34,897 nucleotides of DNA, from positions 1-34,897 of the forward strand of contig JAVECS010000034.1 of NCBI GenBank assembly GCA_051942165.1. The letters run 5' to 3'. The DNA comes from Circinaria calcarea (lineage: Eukaryota). Within the stretch, counting starts at the first letter, position 1. Each line of letters opens with the position of its first letter. The notes below the pieces were generated by a model, which was not told the DNA's origin, ran no database searches, and was given only the letters and a program-made list of their open reading frames with translations. Positions 27,071 through 34,897 of the stretch are shown here, one piece after another. A program made the position numbers and the translations under genes.

Positions 27071-30000
27071 ATGGCACCAAAATTCAGAGACGGTGACATC
27101 GTTGTTGCTTTTTCTGGGAAATGGATAGCATGGAGTCACACCGTTGCAGCATACTCAGCGTTCATTGGCGCTCTCATCACAGGTCTATATCTTCATTACC
27201 ATAAGATTGTCCAGAACGAATACTATGTACGTAGCTACTCAATCCACAATCTCCTCGAGACCGTTACTCACCACCCCCGCTAGGGCTATCCTGAAGAATG
27301 GTTTCCTTCTGTGTCCTCTACCATTGGCGACCGATACCCTGAACGCTCGGTGTTCCAATTTTTCATCGCCATCACTTCAGGTGACCACCTCCCAACCCCA
27401 AATGGGGCATTTGAGGAGCGCGACTAATCTCCATTGGTTAGGACCTCGATTTGCTCTCGTCTTCCTTTGGTATGTTTTGACCGCACGGTCCGACTCCGTC
27501 TTGCCAAAGGTTGTTATGGCTACGGGAATATTCCGGACGATTACTTGCGGGGGCTGGACCTATGTTACCTCGACAGATGATCATGGCTGGCATGATATCT
27601 TCATGATCTCTTACCTCGTAGCTACGTTACCTTGGACATTGGGCTGTTTAGCGCTTAGCCCACAAAACCCAAAGGCAGTCAAATACAGGAAAGTCCTTGC
27701 TGGTTGCTTCTTTGGGACCCTAGTGCCTTTGATTTATTTCTTTATCCAGCACAAGGTTCACAAAGTTGCCGGTGGTAGGTCTTCATTGTACACTTTTGTG
27801 ATTTATGCATTAACACTACCCAGCTTACACGATATACTCTTTCTTCGAATGGGCACTGGTCCTGTTTGATGTGAGCTTCGATGCTGTAACTGCTTTGGAC
27901 TTCAAGAACTTTGAGCTCCTTGTCAAGGATGTCACAGGAGCTAGTAAAGGGTATGTGCAATGGCTTCCAAGATAAAAAGAAGTATGGTTGTGCAATATAT
28001 CCTTGGTGGAGCAAGTGCTAATAAGATTCCATTTTATGTAGTAATAAATCAATCGCCAGTGCCGTCCTTGAAAAAAAGTGAGAAACTATCGTTTCGACTA
28101 TCGGCCCAATGAAGTAACTTTTCTCTAGGAAAGATAAACCGATTGGGCAAGTGTTCAATAAAGGATTTTCCTGGATGGAGGCATTGGATGCAGTTGCCGA
28201 TACTTACAATGGCGTAAGTAACGTACCTTTGTGCAAGGAGTATCTAGGCTGAACCTAACCGGGTTTTAGTATGTCTTCTGGTCCATGTTGACATCTCTTG
28301 GCCTTGTTGTGTGGTGTCCGTCTCTTTTCACCTTCTGGTTTGCGTATCATCTCACTGATTTTCAAAGATTTCCCCTTGTGGCACATGGGCATATCAGGAT
28401 ATGAAGTCCTTGTCATGTCCACGGTTTCTCCATTCCTCCTTGGTATCGGCTCTTTTCGCTCGCTGGTAGTACAAAATATTCGTACGGTTCACCTTTTATC
28501 ACTAACGGGACTACTTGCCTTCCTTGTCCGGTCACCCGTACTACGCCTGTTTTGTGTGGGCTTTGGGATTTCCACATCATGCCTTGCTTGGTCAGCTACT
28601 CTGCACGCAGAGCGAAGTCGACCGGCTCGCCTAGAGAGTAAGATCATGGCTTTGAGTCTGGGTCTAGTTTTATCCAGTGTTGCAAAATTCGCGTTTCAGA
28701 CGAATAACCCTATCTGGGCAATCATGCATGCACAGAATGGTGGTTGGAACAAAATTGGTCTATCTATTGCAGTGCTCGCTATCTTAAGGTCCACCAGGAG
28801 GGTCGATACTAGTGGAGGTAGTCTGGATCCTATAGCCAAAACTTCGAAAACGCCGATTTTAACTGCCCTTGGAGTTGGTGGCCTTTTCTTTGGTATGCAT
28901 TCGCTGCTCTCCGACTCAAGCACCATGATTCTTTGGGTCTGGGACGGTTTCCCTGTTCGAGGACCTATTGCTGCGAATGGAGTTCTCACAATTATGGCAA
29001 TGGGTATCGGTTTATTCGTTAGCATCTTTAGTCGCGAAACAGTGTCGGTTCGCTCCAGGTTTCTCCTTGCTGGAACGGGTGCGTTTATGGTGACCTGCTA
29101 TAGTCACTGGACTGGCTATACCGGAGCCCTCCTTTTGGCCTTTTCCTTGATGTCCTTATCCACCACTATTATCGGCTCTGCTGCGCGTAGTAGTCCTGCG
29201 GTTACCTTTGGTCTTGGCTTCCTAGTGTACAACCTCATGGTTCTTGCCCATGTTTGGGTGGTTGCTTACGCCTTTGTTCCCGGTGGTCCTTACTTACGGG
29301 AACATACCGACTGGATAATGACAGCTACTATTCTATTGATTGGTGCAGGTGTCTACGCTACTCCAAAGGATACATCGAATGGAAAGTCGAGAACAAAAGC
29401 ATCATACTCGAGCCCACAGAAGACAAGTTCCTACTACGTCTACATTCTCTTCCTACTGGAGCTCCTCGCCGTGGCCCAATCGTATCTTCGATTTCCGACG
29501 AATGATTACGTGCCATACCATAAGGATGACAAGGTCCTCACAGCTGCTATATGGACTGTTCACTTTTCCCTTGACAACGACATGTGGTCTTCCGAGCATC
29601 GAATGCGCGATGTCATTAAGGAACTCGAGATTGATGTTATTGGACTTCTCGAAACAGACACGCAGAGGATTATCATGGGCAATCGCGATACAACCCAGTT
29701 TCTCGCCGAAGATCTGGGCATGTATGTGGATTATGGTCCGGGTCCAAACAAGCATACCTGGGGCGCTGCTCTTCTATCCAAGTTCCCCATCCTGAATTCA
29801 ACACATCACCTATTGCCCTCTCCTGTCGGGGAACTTGCTCCGGCCATTCATGCAACGCTTGACGCGTACGGCGAGTTGGTCGATGTGGTCGTCTTTCACT
29901 CCGGACAAGAAGAAGATCCGGAAGATAGGAGACTGCAGTCCGAGTATCTCGCCAAGCTCATGCACGACTCGCCTAGGCCCACGATCCTGCTAAGCTACCT

Positions 30001-30388
30001 CGTAACGAAGCCACTCGAAGGCAATTACAACACGTACGTGGGCGAGAAGAGTAGGATGAAAGACATTGACCCCAGCGACTGGGACCGATGGTGCGAATAC
30101 ATCTTATACAAAGGCTTGAAGAGAACTGGATATGCGCGAGTGAGCAGGTCTACCATTACGGATACTGAAATCCAGGTAAGTTGCGTCTCCTTCGAATCCG
30201 TTGGTAAGCGGCACTGACTACCTTTACCCTAGCTCGGTAAATTCGTGATCGGTCAACCGGAGGGCAGTAATGCTCGAGTGAATGAGGATCAAATTGCCGA
30301 GGGTCTACGGTTTCCGTCGCTGTTCAAGGGCGAAGGGGTTCGAGGACATAGGTATCATGTATTCGACGAGCCGCGATATTTCAAGTAG
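27071..30388 (+). CDS. CWH43: GPI-anchor lipid remodelling protein (Frag1/PGAP2 N-domain plus EEP-fold C-domain); multi-exon
   Basis: [120 protein letters not shown]. Confidence 0.95.
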
Positions 30389-31606
30389 TAGTGGTGCTCA
30401 GGTAGCTACGAATGTGTATAACAATGTAGTATACTAGATACGGGAAAATACTCTAGGAGTCATCCGCTTCCTTGGTGAAGATAGAAGTGGCTTCCCGCCG
30501 CTGATAAGTCTTCGGTAGCATCGCTCATATGGTAGATAAGAGAATTTTATCGACGCGTACGTACCTTTGTACATGGCTTCAAAGCCACAACGGCAATGCG
30601 ATGTGACGTCGGAACCATCCTATTGGCGCCGCTTTGACTGTTAGCGCGTCTCTGTCGACGGCAACTGCTTTTACCGAAGAAGGCGGCCATAATCCCTCGA
30701 GATGGTGATTTGATAACGGGCTTAGGGTAGGATGCTCACTTGCCTTTGGCAAAGACGCTGCGTGCCCCGAGTATGGTATCAGTCACACCAAAGGAGCAGT
30801 GGTGTTTGATGACAGGTTCCGAAAAAGGCTTAGCGTGCAACAAGCGTTTCCGCTCAACCAATCACGCTCGTGAAGCGAATATGCAATTTCCCCCGTCTTT
30901 CCTCTTCCGCCCTTCCTACTGTGACTTTCGTTCTTTCTTTAGACACGGCCATTCGAGAGGTAAGGTAGGACCAAAGCAGTCCACAGCTGCATGCGAAGAA
31001 TCATCACTTTCCCTTGACCATCTTTTCAAAGCATCTCCCTTCGAACGAGGCCCTTCTGACATTCGCTTGAACTGAACCATCCAAACACGCTCGTTATACC
31101 CGAAACGTTCACCGTTAGGCCACAACCGCTTCTTCAAACTCACTTTCTGTACCGAGCCACGCCACTTTTCCTACCTATCGACTGAATTCCTCATTCCGGA
31201 GCTCGAACCAAGACAGGAGGACGAGATAGATATTCTTCCAACCGTAAAGCGTGAGCTTCTGAGCCAGTGGGATAATCATATCAACGACAATCCCTTCAGC
31301 AGCTCTCTTCAGGCAAGCAGAAGCTATCCATGTGACATCTTGAATGATTGTTGCAGGAGTTCATTCAGCGTCTACCATTATTGGAAAGATTACAATCGGC
31401 AAACAAAGGAGTTTTGGTCCTTCCGTTCCCGATAAAGTTACCCCATAAGCTGTCACCAACGGCTGGTCATTCACGCGAAGTCTTCTCGGAACAGTTTATC
31501 CTCCAAACAGCAGCGACCACGAATGATATAGGTCCTATGAGTGACATCAGCTCCCTACTTTGACTACTAATTTCTTTGTCTCTGCCCTGAGCCTTTCAGC
31601 CACTGT

Positions 31607-32665
31607 ATGAAATCATTCACCATGATCTCCTTCTCTTCGACAGCGGCCTTGATGGTCGTTTCTCTCACATGCCTATCGGCACCTATTCTCGCACAGCAAC
31701 CCACATCAAACCCTGCTGATGGCCTCAATCTCAAGACTCCGACTTATGCGGGATGCTTTTCGTCTTCAGAACCCCTGCAGGATCAAGGGCAGTACACGTA
31801 CCAAGCTCTGGGATGGTGTCAGCCTCTGTGCGTAAGGATGAACAAACCAGTGCTGGCTTTCTCAAACGGCACCAATTGTTGGTGTGGGGACGAATTGCCT
31901 GCTGCGTCTAGCAAGGTGTCTGATTCAGAATGTGCCACACCTTGTAATGGGTTTCCCGCCAATATGTGTAAGTTTCGAGATTTACTGAGAAGCTGGCGAG
32001 CAAAGATGGCAAAGGCTGACGGAAATGCAGGTGGTGGATCGGAAGCGTTCCAAGTGTACTTGACAGGATTGGATTCGAGCGTGGGGAATTTCAAGCAAGG
32101 CGTTTCAGGATCAGTCTCAATATCTGCCCCCGCTTCACCGTCGACTACACCCACACCCTCTCCTACGCCTTCCCCCGCTCCAGCCACTGATGGCCCATCA
32201 ACAATAGTAAGGGTCGCCAGTACCGTTTTCATCAACGCACCCAATGAAACCTCGCAACAAGTAATATACACAACTCAGGTCGTGAATGCGAGTGGACCAA
32301 ATAAGCCTGCAATTGCTGCAGGCGTTGTCGTTGGTGTCGTTGTACTGTGCGCCCTCGTTGGGGGCCTTTTGTTCTGGTATCGGCAACGCAAGCGGAAAGC
32401 CATTAAGCACGAACACCAACGAAGTACCTCGCTCAACAACTTTGTTACTTATAGCGAGAACCAAAGTGAGAAGCCACCAAGCACCGTGTCGCTTTCGGAT
32501 TCGCGTCTCGAGCCATCAGTAATGTTCACGAGGCGACTGAGCGATGGGAGCATTGCAGACAACCAGGATTATTCGAGGAGGATACTCAAGGCATACAATT
32601 ATCTAATCCCAGGGGATTCTTCATTTGCTAATGATTGTCAGGTAACTAATCCCGATGGCACTTGA
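31607..32665 (+). CDS. WSC-domain cell wall integrity sensor (Wsc1-like); introns 31968-32030 and probably 32591-32641
   Basis: Signal peptide, Cys-rich WSC domain (YAGCFSS...CWCG...CATPCNG...CGG), S/T/P-rich stalk, TM segment IAAGVVVGVV...WYRQRKRK, cytoplasmic tail SDSRLEP...SIADNQDYSRRILK|VTNPD. Confidence 0.9.
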   Translation: MKSFTMISFSSTAALMVVSLTCLSAPILAQQPTSNPADGLNLKTPTYAGCFSSSEPLQDQGQYTYQALGWCQPLCVRMNKPVLAFSNGTNCWCGDELPAASSKVSDSECATPCNGFPANMCKFRDLLRSWRAKMAKADGNAGGGSEAFQVYLTGLDSSVGNFKQGVSGSVSISAPASPSTTPTPSPTPSPAPATDGPSTIVRVASTVFINAPNETSQQVIYTTQVVNASGPNKPAIAAGVVVGVVVLCALVGGLLFWYRQRKRKAIKHEHQRSTSLNNFVTYSENQSEKPPSTVSLSDSRLEPSVMFTRRLSDGSIADNQDYSRRILKAYNYLIPGDSSFANDCQVTNPDGT

Positions 32666-33501
32666 TATGTCCGATCGTATTACATATCGCACTTTTCAAG
32701 CGCCTCTTTCAGCATAGCACAGCATACACTCACCCCAACACGCCACTTATGTGACTTGTTCACCCATTCCCTCTTGTACACACTCTTCCTCGGGTTTTTC
32801 GGCGCGTGGGCGATCCCTGATGAAGGAAACGGAACACATTTGCTTAACCCTAGTCAGGGGTATATGGAGTAATTAGGGGACGGGGGTATTTGGACTGTAA
32901 TTATAGAAGCGTCATCTCTTCATCCCGATGGGATGTGATGAGGGGCATGTTTGAGGAAGGAAGGAGAGATGATCGTTTGAGATGGCAAACCGGATTCCGG
33001 GTTCTACACGGCTGCCGTTGCTCATGTTATCTATTCGACTGGTAGGAAGAGCTCGGTAAAGGCAGATTGAGTTTCGGGACAACCGTGTGGGATGTGACTG
33101 GTTTGCCGGTTAAGGAGGAAGAATGGGGAAAAGTTTGAGTAGGATCGGTAGTAGGGAATAGAAACAAAAAAGAGAGCAGATGACCTAATCAAAAGCAGAC
33201 TGTAATGTAAAGTCGTCCTGATCTCCTTTGTTTGAGAAGTTCCACGGTTGGTTGTTCGTTGTGTATATGCATTAGGCGGGTAACTTTGTCAGCCCTTGAT
33301 CGGCCTTGGCGGACCCATTACCCCGTATTCCTGACCCCTATGACGTCCGTTTCTTGCAAGATTGATCGTGCTTGCAAGTTTGGGACACCGTACTTCGTCC
33401 TGAAACGAGAGCTCCGTATATCTTCATCTTGCCAAGGACCTTCACCTCCTGCATCTCCTATATTTCAGAGTTGCAGCATACCGCAGAATTCCTACCAGCC
33501 A

Positions 33502-34538
33502 ATGTCCCTAAGATCCGGAATGGCAAATACCAGTGCGGAGAAAGACGTTGCGCCAAAACCGAAACCTCAAAATAATAGTAGGTGTTGCCAACGCCCTGAG
33601 TTCGTCTAGGCCTAACCACTCCTACAGGCCAAGACAAGCAAAAGGTCCTCCTCGAATCCAATAACATCCACTTTTCCATGATAAAGTACCCACCCTCCCT
33701 GTTCCCTTCACTAGCCAAACTGGCCGTTGATGTCTTCCCTCCCTAACAGAGCGCTCCACCTCGCCGACTTGATCACCGAACTCAATGGTCTGTTCCCTCT
33801 CTGTCCCCCTCTTAACAACTCTCCCCTCCTCCACATCTCCCTCTATACCCCCTCCACCATTACTCACCTCAGTCCCAGGCTTCTGCGGCTTCATGTCCAT
33901 CCTCAGTAGCATGCGCTACTGCCTCGGTTCTCCCACCGACTACACAAACATCTACATCGCCCTCGCCTTCATCCCCTTTGGTCTCTTCTTTGACTTCATG
34001 GACGGAAAGGTAGCACGCTGGAGAGGGAAAAGCAGTCTAATGGGTCAAGAACTAGACAGTCTCGCCGATCTCGTAAACCCTCCCCCTTTGTTTCGTTTTT
34101 CCTCTGCCTCTCCCATTCCTCGTACCCTTGCAGAGACCTTTTACTAACACGTCCCTACGAAACCAACAGATCTCCTTTGGCGTCTCGCCTGCCGTCGCCG
34201 CCTTCGCCCTCGGCCTCCGCACCCCCCTCGACACCCTCCTCCTCGCCTTCTTCGTCCTCTGCGGCCTCACTCGCCTCGCCCGCTTCAACGTCACCGTCTC
34301 TTCCCTGCCCAAAGACGCGACGGGCAAATCCAAATACTTTGAGGGCACGCCCATTCCCACCAGTCTGGCGATTGTGGCCGGCATGGCGTGGTGTGTGGCG
34401 CAAAGGCGGGTGGGCGAGGACGCACTGGGAGGCTTGTGGAATTTACCGTTGGTGGGGGGGTTGCATCCGGTGGCGCTGGTGTTTGTGGGCTGGGGGTGTG
34501 CAATGGTTAGCAAGAGCATTCATATCCCGAAGCCGTAG
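33502..34538 (+). CDS. CHO1: CDP-diacylglycerol--serine O-phosphatidyltransferase (phosphatidylserine synthase); 5 exons
   Basis: [25 protein letters not shown]-alcohol motif [55 protein letters not shown]-terminal SKSIHIPKP*. Confidence 0.95.
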
Positions 34539-34897
34539 GTGGTGTGCGGTATAAAGTGGGGATGAAGGGGTGTTTTTGAGAAAGCAAGCGGGGTCTTGGA
34601 TTTCTACAGATGGGGGGTGGGGGAAACTAAAGGGTCAATTGGAGGGGGATCAGCATGCCCTTTTTCCCTTACTTTCTACGGAAAAAAAAAAACATCTCCC
34701 TCTCCCTTTCGCTCTCCTCCTCCTCCTCGTTCGATTTCCTCCACTCCCCACTACTCTACCGAATATAAAATTTCTTCCTCTACTCTAACTCCACTCCAAA
34801 GTCCTTTAAAGTGAGCGAGCAAGCATAGGCCAAATTAAAATCACCTAAAGATTATTTTCTCTCCAACCTCCCCACTCTGCCCCACTCCCCACTACTC

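Overview
Gene-dense, intron-containing eukaryotic DNA from a filamentous ascomycete (Pezizomycotina; inferred from the short GT/GC-AG introns with CTRAC branch sites and the protein content). It holds 15 protein genes, mostly housekeeping: the 3' end of FEN1, SAS2 (MYST HAT), RPC1 (Pol III largest subunit), a GT32 alpha-1,6-mannosyltransferase, ubiquitin-S27a, an Ace2/Swi5-type C2H2 factor, FCP1, prefoldin 3, a LETM1-like protein, a Nab3-like RRM protein, an ICT1/Pth4-like GGQ hydrolase, UTP6, CWH43, a WSC sensor and CHO1. The most unusual items are: (i) a ~150-aa basic insertion with 12 x 9-aa K/S-rich repeats inside RPC1; (ii) a ~630-bp composite minisatellite just upstream of RPC1, next to a possible pogo/Fot1 transposon relic and an intronless GT32 gene; (iii) convergent PTH4-like and UTP6 coding regions that overlap at their stop codons; (iv) two GC-AG introns; (v) a telomerase-template-like CTAACCCTAAC motif; and (vi) an upstream open frame separated from ACE2 by a single TAG. 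Family calls come from motif recognition only; no searches were run.
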